A stretch of 64,000 nt of DNA from Aquificaceae bacterium (GCA_041640635.1 JBEPZX010000003.1:1-64000), one strand, 5' to 3'; positions 10,114 through 21,269 are shown, counted from the stretch's first letter. Notes: generated by a model from the letters alone, not told the origin. Numbers and translations are program-made.

Positions 10114-11412
10114 CTACTTACAAAGTTTAATTACCCTGTGGGCTAATTCGTAAGAGCTTCTGATGCAGTCCGCTACAGAAACGCCGTAAAGGTAATTACC
10201 CGTTAAAAACAAACCCGGACTCTCTTTTTCCATAAGGTTTGCAAGCTCTAAGTATTTGCCATAGCCCATTGTGTACTGAGGTATAGCCTTTTTCCAACGT
10301 GCTATGTTTATAATCTCCACATCTATGTTTAGAATATCCTTTAATTCTTTTTCCACTATGCTGGCTATGGCATCATTTGAATACTCTATAATCTCTGGAT
10401 CTGTGGCACCGCCTATGTATACAGTCAGAAGCTCTTTACCCTGTGGTGATCTGTTTTTGAAAAGCTTTGAAGAAAATAGAGCTCCCAAAATCTTTTTGCC
10501 TTCCACCCTAGGGACCAAAAAGCCAAAACCATCGGGTATAGGTTGATGTGTAGAGACATGAACAACAACTATGGGAGCGTAGTATATACTATCAAACTCC
10601 TGTGCGGCACTCCAGGATATTTCCCTCAAAAGATAACTGGCGGATGTAGCAGGTGCAGCTATAACTACGTTTCTTGCTTCGTATTTCCCCTCTTTTGTAT
10701 CCAAAACAAACCAGTTTTCCTTTTTGCGAATCCTTAAAACAACGTTTTGTCTGCTCAAGTCCAATCTGTCAGCTATATGTTTTACAAGGGTGTGATTTCC
10801 ATTTGAAAAGGATACAAGCTTCCCTTTTGGTCCAAGAGCCTTCAGTTTAATGGCACCTTTTATCAGGGAACCAAATTTTTGCTCAAGTTCGTAAACTCGC
10901 TTTACGGCATACTTGACGGACAGTTCCTTTGGGTCTCCTGCGTAAACACCTGACACGAAGGGAGCTACCACATAATTTAGAAATTCCTCTCCCAGTCTTC
11001 TCTTTACAAATTCTGAAATGCTCTCCTCGGATTTTATGGATTTAGGAGCAAAGGGCTCTAAAAGGACCTTTAACTTCCCACGAAAGGAAAACAAAGGACT
11101 CTTTATAAACTCCACAGGTGACAGGGGCAAAGGTATGAGCTTTCCTTTTTTGAAAATGTATCTGTATTTGGAGCTTGGGGATGCGTACTGGGGAGTAAGA
11201 TCTATTTGCTGCAAAAAGCTCTCTACACTGTCGTCTGCCAGTATGGTTTGTGGTCCAAGCTCTAAGGTGTATCCTTCTTTGTGTAGGGTTTTTATATTTC
11301 CGCCTTCTGTGTCTTCTTTTTCAAAGACTTTTACACTCAGTCCAGCTTCCTTTAGGTGAAAAGCTACAGACAGCCCAGAGATACCGGCACCTACTACGGC
11401 TACATCAATCAT
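10114..11412 (-). CDS. hemY: protoporphyrinogen/coproporphyrinogen oxidase (HemY family)
   Basis: [33 protein letters not shown] and GVSVADCI motifs. Confidence 0.93.
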   Translation of the reverse strand: MIDVAVVGAGISGLSVAFHLKEAGLSVKVFEKEDTEGGNIKTLHKEGYTLELGPQTILADDSVESFLQQIDLTPQYASPSSKYRYIFKKGKLIPLPLSPVEFIKSPLFSFRGKLKVLLEPFAPKSIKSEESISEFVKRRLGEEFLNYVVAPFVSGVYAGDPKELSVKYAVKRVYELEQKFGSLIKGAIKLKALGPKGKLVSFSNGNHTLVKHIADRLDLSRQNVVLRIRKKENWFVLDTKEGKYEARNVVIAAPATSASYLLREISWSAAQEFDSIYYAPIVVVHVSTHQPIPDGFGFLVPRVEGKKILGALFSSKLFKNRSPQGKELLTVYIGGATDPEIIEYSNDAIASIVEKELKDILNIDVEIINIARWKKAIPQYTMGYGKYLELANLMEKESPGLFLTGNYLYGVSVADCIRSSYELAHRVIKLCK

Positions 11413-12212
11413 GATTTGTAAGGAACGCCTTTTGTGGGTGAAGAAGGCACTGCGTAAGTTCTCTTAGGCATTCTACCTGCCAAGTAGGAAAGCCTGCCAG
11501 CTATGGTGGCATACTTCATGGCAACAGCCATCTTTATGGGATCCTTTGCTTCAGCCAAAGCCGTGTTTGTTAGTATGGCATCCACACCTAACTCCATAAC
11601 GGGTGGTATATCAGCCGCTGAACCAATACCAGCATCCACTATAACGGGCACGGACACAGCTTCCTTTATGAACATTATGTTGTAGGGATTTTGCAAACCA
11701 AGACCAGAACCTATGGGTGCTGCCAAGGGCATCACAGCTGCACAACCAATATCTTCCAACTTCTTGGCGTATATAAGGTCATCAAATATGTAAGGTAGCA
11801 CTACAAAACCTTCCTTTACCAAAAACTTGGCGGCTTTGTAGGTTTCTTCCATATCGGGCAGTAGAGTCTTTTTGTCTCCAATGACTTCCAGTTTTATCCA
11901 CTCTATTCCCGTAGCCTCTCTGGCTAACATGGCTGTGTTTATGGCTTCTTCGGCGGTGTAACAGCCAGCGGTGTTAGGAAGAATTAGGTATTTCTTTGGG
12001 TCTATGTAGTCAAGAAGGTTCTCCTTGGTAGGATCCGTGATGTTTACACGTCTTACGGCTACTGTGATGATTTCTGCACCAGAAGCTTCTAGGACTTCCT
12101 TGTTTTCCTGAAAGCTTTTGAACTTCCCCGAACCTATTATCAATCTGGACTTAAATCGCCTTCCAGCAATTTCTAAATAGTCTTCTTCCAAGAGCTTTTC
12201 GTAGTCTAACAT
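11409..12212 (-). CDS. thiG: thiazole synthase
   Basis: [32 protein letters not shown] and DAGIG motifs. Confidence 0.97.
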   Translation of the reverse strand: MLDYEKLLEEDYLEIAGRRFKSRLIIGSGKFKSFQENKEVLEASGAEIITVAVRRVNITDPTKENLLDYIDPKKYLILPNTAGCYTAEEAINTAMLAREATGIEWIKLEVIGDKKTLLPDMEETYKAAKFLVKEGFVVLPYIFDDLIYAKKLEDIGCAAVMPLAAPIGSGLGLQNPYNIMFIKEAVSVPVIVDAGIGSAADIPPVMELGVDAILTNTALAEAKDPIKMAVAMKYATIAGRLSYLAGRMPKRTYAVPSSPTKGVPYKS

Positions 12213-12419
12213 TTAACCGCCTCCTACAAGATGAATAATTTCTACCCTATCGTCCTCTTTGACAAGAGTAGATGCGTATTGGGACTTGGGTATAACGTTT
12301 CCATTTATGGATACTGCTAAGCCTACTTCTCTGTACTTAACATCCAAAAACTCTAGGAGTTCCATAATGTTCATGGTACGAGGTAAACTTTTCTGCTCTC
12401 CGTTTATCACCACTTGCAT
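12213..12419 (-). CDS. thiS: sulfur carrier protein ThiS
   Basis: 68 aa, INGE start, C-terminal VGGG, directly upstream of thiG. Confidence 0.95.
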   Translation of the reverse strand: MQVVINGEQKSLPRTMNIMELLEFLDVKYREVGLAVSINGNVIPKSQYASTLVKEDDRVEIIHLVGGG

Positions 12420-12435
12420 AATAAAATAATTGTAA

Positions 12436-13089
12436 GTGAATACAAAAACTTTGGAAGAGATTCAAAAGCAGTGTGCCAAAAAGGTAGTAAGTGTAGATGA
12501 CTTTGGAAGCATTGAGACGGTAGGTGGTATAGACCTTACTTTTGAGGATATAAATGCAAATCCCACAAAGGGATGGGCTTACCTGGTAGTGCTTGATGTG
12601 AAAACTCTTAGAGTTGTATACTCTCACTTTGTAGAGGGGATAGTGGACTTTCCTTACATACCTACCTTTTTGGCTTTTAGGGAGCTTCCTTTGATGCTAA
12701 AGCTATACGAAGAAGCCAAGGTTAAGCCTGATGTTTTTTTGATAGATGGTCAAGGGATGGCTCATCCTAGGCTTTGCGGTATAGCTTCCCACTTTGGTGT
12801 AGAAACGGGCAGTGTATCCATAGGAGTGGCAAAGAGGCTTTTGATTGGAAGGTGTGAGCCTCTGGGGAAAAAACGAGGAAGCATGGCACCCATTGTTTTT
12901 AGAGGCAGGACAGTAGGTATGGCTTTGAGAACAAAGGACAACACGGAACCCGTTTACGTATCTGTGGGACATAGGATAAGTTTGGCTACAAGTGTGGAAC
13001 TGGTTTTGAAGCTTTCCAGGTATCGTATACCAGAGCCTACCAGGCTGGCTCACAACTTCTTGCAGAGATTGAGAAAAGGTGGCTTGTAA
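12436..13089 (+). CDS. nfi: endonuclease V
   Basis: [41 protein letters not shown] and [10 protein letters not shown] motifs. Confidence 0.96.
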   Translation: MNTKTLEEIQKQCAKKVVSVDDFGSIETVGGIDLTFEDINANPTKGWAYLVVLDVKTLRVVYSHFVEGIVDFPYIPTFLAFRELPLMLKLYEEAKVKPDVFLIDGQGMAHPRLCGIASHFGVETGSVSIGVAKRLLIGRCEPLGKKRGSMAPIVFRGRTVGMALRTKDNTEPVYVSVGHRISLATSVELVLKLSRYRIPEPTRLAHNFLQRLRKGGL

Positions 13090-13651
13090 GTCTAGATTTT
13101 TGGTTCTAAAGAGATTCGTAGTAGGTGATAGTGACCTTTTGGTAAAGCTTTACGGTTACCCTGGAATTACCAACTTGTACGTAAAGGACGGAGCTTTGCC
13201 AAGCAACGAGTATATAGGAGTTTTTGAGCCTTTCAATGTTTTAACCTTAGTTTACAAACAGACGGGGCAGGTAATTGTACCCATGGATGTAATGAATGTA
13301 ATCAGGCTATCTTATTACGCTACCCAATATGAGCGGTATGAGTGGATGTGCCAAATAGGAAGCTTCATACTCAAATTCATAAGATACTTCGATGAAAACC
13401 TATTTAACCTAGTTGTGCAGTACCTAAAAGTGAAACCTACCGACCTGAAAGCCTTTCATATTAGGTTTTACTGCCACGCTCTTTTTACATTAGGTATATA
13501 CAGAGAGGATATATTTACACACAAGGAAAAAAGTATAATCAAGGCTATTATGAACGCAAATACAAAAAGCCTAAATAGGCTTAAGCTAAGCTTTAGAGAT
13601 TACTTGTCAATAAAAGAAAAAATAGAGGCTCACATGGCTCAAGCTATATAG
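13079..13651 (+). CDS. recO: DNA repair protein RecO-like (short form)
   Basis: N-terminal [14 protein letters not shown]...G....V.DG...FEPF resembles the RecO OB-fold; no Cys Zn finger. Confidence 0.6.
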   Translation: MACKSRFLVLKRFVVGDSDLLVKLYGYPGITNLYVKDGALPSNEYIGVFEPFNVLTLVYKQTGQVIVPMDVMNVIRLSYYATQYERYEWMCQIGSFILKFIRYFDENLFNLVVQYLKVKPTDLKAFHIRFYCHALFTLGIYREDIFTHKEKSIIKAIMNANTKSLNRLKLSFRDYLSIKEKIEAHMAQAI

Positions 13652-14681
13652 TGCTACTTCTTTTCTTTACAAAAGGATAATCTCTTAGCACGCCTTTTAA
13701 TCTCTTTCCTCTAACTTCCAACTCCACAACTGTACCTTCCTTTCTTTTATCTAGCTCTACAAAGCACAAGGCTATTCCTTTTTGTAAGTAATAGGAGTAA
13801 GTTCCGCTGCTTACGTAACCTATTTGCATGCCATCGGAGAAAATTTTGTAACCCTGCCTTGGAATACCTCTCTCCAGAAGCTCCAAACCAAAGAGCATGT
13901 ATTTGACTTCTTTTTTTAGCATGCTATCCTTTCCCAAAAATTCCTTTTCAAAACTCACAAACTTTTTTAAGTTGGCTTCTATAGGTGTTATATCTTGGCT
14001 TAATTCATTTCCGTATAAAGGAAAACCTGCTTCTATTCTCAAAACGTCCCTTGCACCAAGTCCGCAGGGTTTTGCTTCCTTAGTAAGCTCCCTAAAAAGC
14101 TCTATACCCTTATCCACTGGTGCGTAAATCTCAAATCCATCCTCTCCAGTGTAGCCAGTGCGGGAGATTATCACATGATCAAAAACCTTAAAGTGATAAT
14201 ACCTTATATCTTTTACATCAAAAAGCTTAGATAAAATTTCTTGTGCTTTTGGACCTTGGATGGCTATTTGAACCGTATCCCTTGAGATGTCTTGGTTTTG
14301 GGGAATGTAGTTTTTAATGTGGTTTAAGACCTTGTCTTTGTTGGATGCATTAACACAAAGGAGCAACTTTTCTTGGTTTATCATGTAAATGGTTATGTCA
14401 TCAATGATACCGCCCCTTTCATTACTCAAAAGGTTGTACTGAACCCTTCCAGGATAGAGTTTGTTTAAGTTGTTAGTGGTAAGGAAGTTTAGCTTCTGTA
14501 TAACGTCTTTTCCGCTCACCAGAATCCTTCCCATGTGGGATACGTCAAAAACACCGCAAAAATTTCTCACAGATAAGGCTTCTTCTTTTATGGAAGAAAA
14601 CTCCATAGGCATTTGCCATCCGTGAAACTCAAAAAATTTTGCTCCAAGTTCCTTTTGAAGATGGTATAGTGGCGTCTTCAT
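13644..14681 (-). CDS. gcvT: glycine cleavage system aminomethyltransferase T
   Basis: KTPLY, GWQMP, FDVSHMG, SRTGYTGEDGFEI and GLGARDVLRIEAG motifs. Confidence 0.97.
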   Translation of the reverse strand: MKTPLYHLQKELGAKFFEFHGWQMPMEFSSIKEEALSVRNFCGVFDVSHMGRILVSGKDVIQKLNFLTTNNLNKLYPGRVQYNLLSNERGGIIDDITIYMINQEKLLLCVNASNKDKVLNHIKNYIPQNQDISRDTVQIAIQGPKAQEILSKLFDVKDIRYYHFKVFDHVIISRTGYTGEDGFEIYAPVDKGIELFRELTKEAKPCGLGARDVLRIEAGFPLYGNELSQDITPIEANLKKFVSFEKEFLGKDSMLKKEVKYMLFGLELLERGIPRQGYKIFSDGMQIGYVSSGTYSYYLQKGIALCFVELDKRKEGTVVELEVRGKRLKGVLRDYPFVKKRSSTI

Positions 14682-14695
14682 AGTAAAATCTTAAC

Positions 14696-15754
14696 ATGCT
14701 TTACCTTTACGTACTAAAGCACTTTTTAAAAGTATTTATTGTAGTGAACTTTATTTTTCTTGGTGTTGTAGTTTCCTACGCCTTGATAGATGTTTTTACA
14801 GCCTTTAAAGAAAAAAGCTTATCACTTTTGGTAGATTACCTCTATAGCTTATCCCTGTATGCCTTTTTTCATCTGCTGTCTTTGAGCTTCTTTATAAGCT
14901 TGGTTGTGTTTTTTAGAAGGGTATTTGCAAAGAAGCTAGACCTGATAACTCAAAGCTTTGGCATCCCACCTATAAAATTTGTCTTACCAGTTCTTGGTTT
15001 ACTTTTGATATCTACGGCGCTGAACATAGGAATGATTTTTGATGTTTATCCATCCATAAAGAAGCATCTCTTTCAGATAGAAAAAGAATACAAAAAAAAG
15101 CAAGAGTACGAAACATCCATCATAGAAAACTTTTGGATTGCTATGCAGGAAAAGGAAACAAAAAGGTTCATAAACTTTAAGGTTGTGGATATAAAAAATG
15201 AAAGTGTTTATGATGCGTTTGTTGTGGATGTAAGAGATAAAGAGATAGTTAAGGTTATTACAGCTAACAAGGGACAGTGGCAAAAGGATAGGGTTTTTTT
15301 GGAGAGTGCCACCATTGAAGACCTCTTAGAAGGAAAGAGAGAAACAACCAACGTGGATTTGAAAATTGTTGAGATAGACAGCATTAAGGATTTTGGAGAA
15401 AAGATAGACCATCTTAGTGTAGCATCTTTGATTCTTTTGTATATAACCACAAAGGGTATAGGACTTAATGAGTACCTTTATTTGTATGAGATAGTAATTA
15501 GGCTAACCATCGCACTCTCACCTTTGCTTTCTACGCTGATAGCTCTTAACTTTCTGGTAAAGCATAGAGAATTTAAGGCGGCTTTCGTTTCTTTTTTGAC
15601 TCTTGTATTTTACTTGCTTTTGGTGGTTTCCGTGCAAAAGCTCATGGCGGAGAGGTTGGGTGTCAATCCCTTCTACAGCGTAGTTTTTGCTGTGCCTTTG
15701 GTGGTCTTTTCATTAAAAAGCCTTTACAATCTGAGCAAAGGATTCAGGGTCTAA
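14696..15754 (+). CDS. LptF/LptG family LPS export permease
   Basis: 3 TM + beta-jellyroll-like periplasmic region (ITANKGQW) + 3 TM topology; SFGIP motif. Confidence 0.75.
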   Translation: MLYLYVLKHFLKVFIVVNFIFLGVVVSYALIDVFTAFKEKSLSLLVDYLYSLSLYAFFHLLSLSFFISLVVFFRRVFAKKLDLITQSFGIPPIKFVLPVLGLLLISTALNIGMIFDVYPSIKKHLFQIEKEYKKKQEYETSIIENFWIAMQEKETKRFINFKVVDIKNESVYDAFVVDVRDKEIVKVITANKGQWQKDRVFLESATIEDLLEGKRETTNVDLKIVEIDSIKDFGEKIDHLSVASLILLYITTKGIGLNEYLYLYEIVIRLTIALSPLLSTLIALNFLVKHREFKAAFVSFLTLVFYLLLVVSVQKLMAERLGVNPFYSVVFAVPLVVFSLKSLYNLSKGFRV

Positions 15755-16453
15755 GCTGGCACCACCTACAAGCAAACCATCCACGTCAGGCTTGCTCAAA
15801 AACTGTGCTGCATTGTCCCTGTTTACGCTTCCGCCATAGAGAACTCTCGTTTTGCCTTCCCCAGAAGGATTTAAGCTTTGGAGCAGGTCCTTTATAAACT
15901 TGTGAACCACTTGGGCATCCTCAGGCGTAGCCGGGTTTCCGCTACCTATAGCCCATACAGGCTCATACGCGATATCGAGTATGTCTGTGATGCTTTCTAC
16001 ACCGGAAAGTGCAAGCCTAATCTGGGTTTCTATGACTTTAAAGGTAAGTCCTGCTTCTTTTTCCTCTATCTTTTCACCTACACAAAGTATGGGTCTTACG
16101 CCTTTGGAAAGGCAAGCAATGACCTTTTTGTTAATGAGCTCGTCAGACTCTCCAAATACCCACCTTCTTTCTGAGTGCCCAAGTATCACGTAAGACACTC
16201 CCAGATCCTTAAGCATACCTATGGATATCTCCCCGGTGAAAGCCCCCTTCTCTTCGTAGTAGCAGTTTTGGGCACCAAGTTTTAGATGTGTAGACTTTAT
16301 CAGCTCACTTGCCACACAAAGGGATGTAAAGGGTGGGCAGATAAGTATCTCCCTGTCTTTGACATCCTCTACCGAAGGAATGAACTTTTCGAGATAGTCC
16401 CTTGTTTCTTGAAGGGTTTTGTGCATCTTCCAGTTAGCGGCTATAAGTTTCAT
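15713..16453 (-). CDS. tpiA: triosephosphate isomerase
   Basis: AANWKMH, GAFTGE, GHSERR, AYEPVWAIG, YGGSV and LVGGASL motifs. Confidence 0.98.
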   Translation of the reverse strand: MKLIAANWKMHKTLQETRDYLEKFIPSVEDVKDREILICPPFTSLCVASELIKSTHLKLGAQNCYYEEKGAFTGEISIGMLKDLGVSYVILGHSERRWVFGESDELINKKVIACLSKGVRPILCVGEKIEEKEAGLTFKVIETQIRLALSGVESITDILDIAYEPVWAIGSGNPATPEDAQVVHKFIKDLLQSLNPSGEGKTRVLYGGSVNRDNAAQFLSKPDVDGLLVGGASLDPESFAQIVKAF

Positions 16454-16467
16454 AGAGATTATTGTAG

Positions 16468-16473
16468 TATAAT
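16468..16473 (+). promoter_or_regulatory. -10 element (TATAAT) for the SRP RNA / trpE transcript
   Basis: Perfect TATAAT 8 nt before the SRP stem; a divergent TACAAT on the - strand at 16461-16466 serves tpiA. Confidence 0.65.
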
Positions 16474-16481
16474 TTTAGATA

Positions 16482-16558
16482 CCCTTGCAACGGGACAGGG
16501 TGAACCCCGCCAGGCCCGAAAGGGAGCAACGGTAAGCCTGCCGTCTCGGGTGCAAGGG
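16482..16558 (+). ncRNA. ffs: small bacterial SRP RNA (4.5S)
   Basis: Terminal stem CCCTTGCA (16482-16489) / TGCAAGGG (16551-16558); helix-8 core CCAGGCCCGAAAGGGAGCAACGG with GAAA tetraloop and CAGG/AGCA internal loop; GC-rich island in AT-rich DNA. Confidence 0.92.
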
Positions 16559-16567
16559 CCAAAAGAA

Positions 16568-18055
16568 ATGATAAACTTGAACCTAAGTTTAGAAGAGCTT
16601 AAAAAACTCTCCAACCATTACAACGTAATCCCACTTTACGCTGAAGTACTGGTGGACACGGAAACGCCTCTTTCTCTGTTCCTAAAGCTTTACCAAAAGG
16701 GAAAGGTGAATATACTCTTGGAAAGTGCTGAAAGCCAGCTCAATTGGGGGAGATACTCCTTCATTGTTCAGTCACATTCTCACCATATAAAGTATAGAAA
16801 GGGTTACTGTGAAGTTTTCAGGAACGGAAAGGTTGAACTCTTTCAAACCTACGACCCCTTCGGGGTCATAAAAGAAGAGCTAAAGCACTTTAGACCTTAC
16901 CAAGATGAAAACCTTCCCCGCTTTTGGGGAGGTTTTGTGGGATACGTATCCTACGATGTTATAAAGTTGTATGAGCCCATAGAGGACCAAAAGCCCGATT
17001 CCCTTTCCCTTTACGATATATACCTTGTGTTAACAGACCTTGTGGTCATCCATGACAACCTCAGTGGCAAGATCAAGGTGGTTGTTCCCATCTTTACAGA
17101 CAGAGACCTCGAAAGAGAATACCAAAGAGCCAAAGACTCCATCTACCAAACGCTCAAAACCATATTCGCATCTCAGGTAAGCCCCAAGCACTTCCAAGAA
17201 AGGGAAGCAGAACTCCATATGTGGCAATCCAACTTCAAAAAAGAGGACTTCCAAAGAGCTGTCCTAAAAGCCAAGGACTACATATACGCAGGTGACATTA
17301 TACAGGTGGTTCTCTCTCAGAGATTCAGAAAAGACTTTAAAGGAAGTGCTCAGGATCTCTACAGAGCTTTAAGGTGTATAAATCCCTCTCCTTATATGTA
17401 CTACTTGGATTACGGTTTCTTTCAAGTGGTGGGCTCTTCGCCAGAGGTTTTGGTTCGCTTAGAAGACGGTATCATAGAGACAAGACCCATAGCAGGCACA
17501 CGTAAGAGAGGAAAAACGGAAGAGGAGGACAAGAAACTGAGGGAAGAACTCCTGTCCGATGAAAAGGAAAAGGCTGAGCACTTGATGCTTGTGGATCTGG
17601 CAAGGAACGACATAGGCAAAGTGTCTCAACCTGGAAGTGTGCAAGTCAAGGAGTTTATGGTGGTGGAAAACTACTCTCATGTGATGCACATAGTGAGTCA
17701 CGTGGTGGGCAGGTTAAAAGAAGGTTTTAGTCACGTGGATGTTTTGAAGGCTACCTTTCCAGCGGGCACTGTGTCTGGAGCTCCCAAGATAAGAGCCATG
17801 CAGATCATAGAAGAACTCGAACCCCACAGGCGTGGCATATACGCCGGAAGCGTTGGGTATCTGTCCTTTCAAGGCAACATGGACATGGCTATAACCATAA
17901 GGACCGCTGTGGTGGTAAACCAGGAAGTTTACGTGCAGGCAGGTGCTGGGATAGTGGCAGACTCAGACCCAGAAAAGGAATGGCTGGAAACGGTAAACAA
18001 AGCAAAAGCCATAATGAAAGCGGTTCACATGGCGGAAAACCCACAGAGCTTTTAG
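16568..18055 (+). CDS. trpE: anthranilate synthase component I
   Basis: [42 protein letters not shown] and [11 protein letters not shown] motifs; true start ATG 16568, because the 16286 extension overlaps tpiA and ffs. Confidence 0.94.
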   Translation: MINLNLSLEELKKLSNHYNVIPLYAEVLVDTETPLSLFLKLYQKGKVNILLESAESQLNWGRYSFIVQSHSHHIKYRKGYCEVFRNGKVELFQTYDPFGVIKEELKHFRPYQDENLPRFWGGFVGYVSYDVIKLYEPIEDQKPDSLSLYDIYLVLTDLVVIHDNLSGKIKVVVPIFTDRDLEREYQRAKDSIYQTLKTIFASQVSPKHFQEREAELHMWQSNFKKEDFQRAVLKAKDYIYAGDIIQVVLSQRFRKDFKGSAQDLYRALRCINPSPYMYYLDYGFFQVVGSSPEVLVRLEDGIIETRPIAGTRKRGKTEEEDKKLREELLSDEKEKAEHLMLVDLARNDIGKVSQPGSVQVKEFMVVENYSHVMHIVSHVVGRLKEGFSHVDVLKATFPAGTVSGAPKIRAMQIIEELEPHRRGIYAGSVGYLSFQGNMDMAITIRTAVVVNQEVYVQAGAGIVADSDPEKEWLETVNKAKAIMKAVHMAENPQSF

Positions 18056-18073
18056 TGTAAAATACTATCTTTA

Positions 18074-19672
18074 ATGAAAAAAATCCTGATTCTCGGAAGC
18101 GGTCCCAACAGAATAGGTCAGGGCATAGAGTTTGATTACGCATGCGTCCATGCCATCTTGGCTCTAAGGAAGGAAGGCTACCAAACTATAATGGTCAACT
18201 GTAACCCAGAGACCGTATCTACCGATTACGATATAGCCGACAGGCTTTACTTTGAACCCATCGTTTTGGAAAACATCCTAAACATAATAGAGCGTGAAAA
18301 GGTAGATGGTGTGTTTTTGCAGTTTGGAGGACAAACACCCCTTAAGCTTTCCTTACCTTTACAGGAAGCAGGAGTTAAGATACTTGGCACGCAACCAAAA
18401 AGCATAGACATTGCCGAAGACAGAGAACTCTTTAGCAAGTTGGCAAGGGATTTGGGACTAAAGCAACCACCAAACGCCACCGCAAGGTCAAAGGAGGAAG
18501 CCATAGCTCTGGCAAGAGAAATAGGCTATCCCGTTCTGGTTAGACCTTCCTACGTGTTAGGTGGTAGAGCTATGAGAATCATATACGAAGAGGAAGAACT
18601 GAGGAAATACTTGGACGAAGCCATAAGGGTGAGCTTTGAAAGACCCCTTCTCATAGATAAATACCTTGCGGATAGCATGGAGGTGGATGTGGACGCCATA
18701 GGCGATGGAGAAGATTACCTCATAGGTGCCGTTATGGAGCACATAGAAGAGGCTGGCGTTCATTCAGGCGATAGCGCAGCATGTATCCCACCTTACACGT
18801 TAAGTCAGGATGTGGTGGAAGAGATAAAGAAACAATCTGTAAAGATAGCCAAAGCTTTGGATGTAAGAGGTTTGATAAACCTTCAGTTTGCTGTGCAAGG
18901 AAAGGATGTGTATATTTTGGAAGTAAACCCAAGGGCTTCAAGAACTGTTCCCTTTGTAAGCAAAGCCATAGGCTATGCGTTGGCTAAGTTGGCAGCTCTT
19001 ATAGGCGTAGGAAAGAAGTTGAGGGAGCTAGTTCCAGAGGTTTTCGAAAGAATAAGTAAAGGACAAAACCACCTTGCCAGTGACTTTCTACCAAAGGACA
19101 AAAATATTTACGCCATCAAAGAGGTAGTCTTTCCTTGGGACAGGTTTCCAGAGGTGGATCCTATTTTGGGACCCGAGATGAAGAGCACAGGCGAAGTTAT
19201 GGGAATAGATAAGGACTTTGGACTGGCTTACTACAAAGCTCAGCTGGCAAGTGGCATGAAGCTCCCTACATCCGGAACTGTCTTTGTAAGCGTTGCCGAC
19301 AAGGACAAGGAAAAAATTCTTCCTTTGGTTGAAGGCTTTATAAAGCTAGGCTTTAGCGTAGTTGCCACCACTGGAACTTATAACTACCTAAAAAGTAAAG
19401 GTTTAGAAGTAAAGCATGTGCTGAAAGTGTCAGAAGGCAGACCTAACGTGGTGGACATGATAAAAAATGGTGAAATACACCTTATCGTGAACACACCCAC
19501 AGGCAAGAGAGCAAGGAGCGACGCCTACTACATAAGAAGGTCAGCGGTAAACTACAAGATACCTTACACCACCACGCTAAGGGGAGCTTATGCCATGCTT
19601 ATGGCTATAGAGTCTTACATAAAGCACAACAAGGACTACACAGTTTACGCCTTGCAGGATCTCTTTGCATGA
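18074..19672 (+). CDS. carB: carbamoyl-phosphate synthase large chain, C-terminal half (split CarB)
   Basis: Begins at GSGPNRIGQGIEFDY, one ATP-grasp domain, GPEMKSTGEVMG and MGS domain; only 532 aa. Confidence 0.93.
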   Translation: MKKILILGSGPNRIGQGIEFDYACVHAILALRKEGYQTIMVNCNPETVSTDYDIADRLYFEPIVLENILNIIEREKVDGVFLQFGGQTPLKLSLPLQEAGVKILGTQPKSIDIAEDRELFSKLARDLGLKQPPNATARSKEEAIALAREIGYPVLVRPSYVLGGRAMRIIYEEEELRKYLDEAIRVSFERPLLIDKYLADSMEVDVDAIGDGEDYLIGAVMEHIEEAGVHSGDSAACIPPYTLSQDVVEEIKKQSVKIAKALDVRGLINLQFAVQGKDVYILEVNPRASRTVPFVSKAIGYALAKLAALIGVGKKLRELVPEVFERISKGQNHLASDFLPKDKNIYAIKEVVFPWDRFPEVDPILGPEMKSTGEVMGIDKDFGLAYYKAQLASGMKLPTSGTVFVSVADKDKEKILPLVEGFIKLGFSVVATTGTYNYLKSKGLEVKHVLKVSEGRPNVVDMIKNGEIHLIVNTPTGKRARSDAYYIRRSAVNYKIPYTTTLRGAYAMLMAIESYIKHNKDYTVYALQDLFA

Positions 19673-20202
19673 AGATACTCATAACAGGTGAACCAGGAAT
19701 AGGTAAAACCACACTCATAAAAGCTATAGTCAAAAAGCTAGGTAACAAATGCATTGGCTTTTGGACAGAGGAAGTAAGGGACAAAGAAACTCACAAAAGG
19801 GTAGGCTTTAAGGTGGTTTCCAATGAAGGTAAATCTTCCCTCTTTGCCCACAAAACTTTTTACTCCAAGCATCTTGTGGGTTCTTACGGTGTAAATGTGA
19901 AACGCTTTGAAGAGGTAGTTCTGCCCCTTCTCGAAAAGTGCTTAAATGAAAGGGACAAGATCATAGTAATGGATGAGCTTGGAAAGATGGAGTTTTTCTC
20001 AAAAGCCTTCGTGGAGATGGTAAGGCATATAATTTTCAATCCCGCATACAAAGTCATAGCAACCCTTCCTATAAGGGACTTTCACCCTTTCGTAAGGCAA
20101 ATAAGAAAACTCCCGGGCTCTATTTACATAGAGCTCACCAAAGAGAACAGAGAGCATATGTTGGAAGATATAATGGGTATGGTAAACGGTTTTAGAGCTT
20201 AG
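19669..20202 (+). CDS. nucleoside-triphosphatase, THEP1 family
   Basis: ITGEPGIGKTT, GFWTEEVR, VGSYGV and DELGKME motifs. Confidence 0.93.
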   Translation: MKILITGEPGIGKTTLIKAIVKKLGNKCIGFWTEEVRDKETHKRVGFKVVSNEGKSSLFAHKTFYSKHLVGSYGVNVKRFEEVVLPLLEKCLNERDKIIVMDELGKMEFFSKAFVEMVRHIIFNPAYKVIATLPIRDFHPFVRQIRKLPGSIYIELTKENREHMLEDIMGMVNGFRA

Positions 20203-20429
20203 ATATCTGCTGTATCTATAGGTGTGACTTGTATAAACGATCCTTTATAGTTAAATGTTAGTGAGAAACTTTATATTTTCTGAGTTCATGTTTTTTTAAT
20301 ACAAATGCCAATTTTACATAATTTATCTCTTTAGAAGTTTTGAGTTCTACTCCTTTTTTAGCAATGCTTACTGAGTAGTTTATGACGTCTTAAAAAGTCA
20401 AACAAGCTTGGATTCTCAGTTGAGTAAAT

Positions 20430-21269
20430 TTAAGTCTGTGAAATTTTTGTGAAATTGTGTATACTCTCCATGTATAGGAATTTCATATATGGGAACCTTT
20501 TCTCGTTGGTGATCCTCTTCATCAACTCTTTGTCAACGCTATTTGGTGTTTGGTAAACGTTGATTCTAAAGGGATAGTCAACGGCTATCTTGATCTTGTG
20601 TGTAAAGTAAAACCTTTTAATGAGTTTTTCTGTAATACCTTTGACGTAACAATCGTGTGATTCAACAATCATATCCACATACCTGAGATTTGGCACCTTA
20701 ACAGGGTCCAAAAGTGTATCTTCGGCTCCCTCTATATCGCAAAACACCAACGTATTAGGTTTGGCTTTTGAGTTTAGCTCTTCGTGTGTGCACTCCGCTT
20801 TAATTACAACGTTGTTTAGGTTGTTTATCTCTTTCAGTTGATTTGCCTTCTTACGAGCTTCTGGGTCTATATCGTAAGCGTAAACGGTGGTATCTGGCAA
20901 TTTCCAAGCAAAACCACATGCATAATAACCTTCAGCACAGCCTATTACCAAAATACTTTCATACTTCTTTTCTTCTATCACCTGGTTTACCCACTCCTGA
21001 ATAGGCTCTTCGTAAGAACCTAATATTTTGGGTAGCAGAGCGCTTCCTGAAGCGCTCCTAATGTAATTCATACCCTTAAAGGGTCCGTTGTGCACCATGT
21101 AGTTACCTTTAAAGACTGTGTTTATTATGCTCTCTTCTTCCATTTGTAGCCGTTTTCTCTTTTTCTCCTTTTTGGCTTTGTAGTAGTAGCTAAGGGGAGG
21201 TATCTTGGTTTCAATGCCCTTTAGGAGCTTATAGAGTTTAAGCGTTTTTGTCACAAGATCTCCTATCAT
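20430..21269 (-). CDS. class I SAM-dependent methyltransferase (FkbM-like)
   Basis: LGSYE, IGCAEGYYA, AYDID and CDIEGAE motifs; start may be 21269 (ATG) or 21299. Confidence 0.8.
   Translation of the reverse strand: MIGDLVTKTLKLYKLLKGIETKIPPLSYYYKAKKEKKRKRLQMEEESIINTVFKGNYMVHNGPFKGMNYIRSASGSALLPKILGSYEEPIQEWVNQVIEEKKYESILVIGCAEGYYACGFAWKLPDTTVYAYDIDPEARKKANQLKEINNLNNVVIKAECTHEELNSKAKPNTLVFCDIEGAEDTLLDPVKVPNLRYVDMIVESHDCYVKGITEKLIKRFYFTHKIKIAVDYPFRINVYQTPNSVDKELMKRITNEKRFPYMKFLYMESIHNFTKISQT

Noticed and set aside
16286..16567. 94-aa N-terminal extension of TrpE in the ORF track
   Set aside because: Overlaps tpiA on the opposite strand and the SRP RNA; TrpE homology begins at ATG 16568.
20203..20429. 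Island boundary att site, tRNA or small gene
   Set aside because: No tRNA fold, direct repeat or ORF with a credible start was seen.
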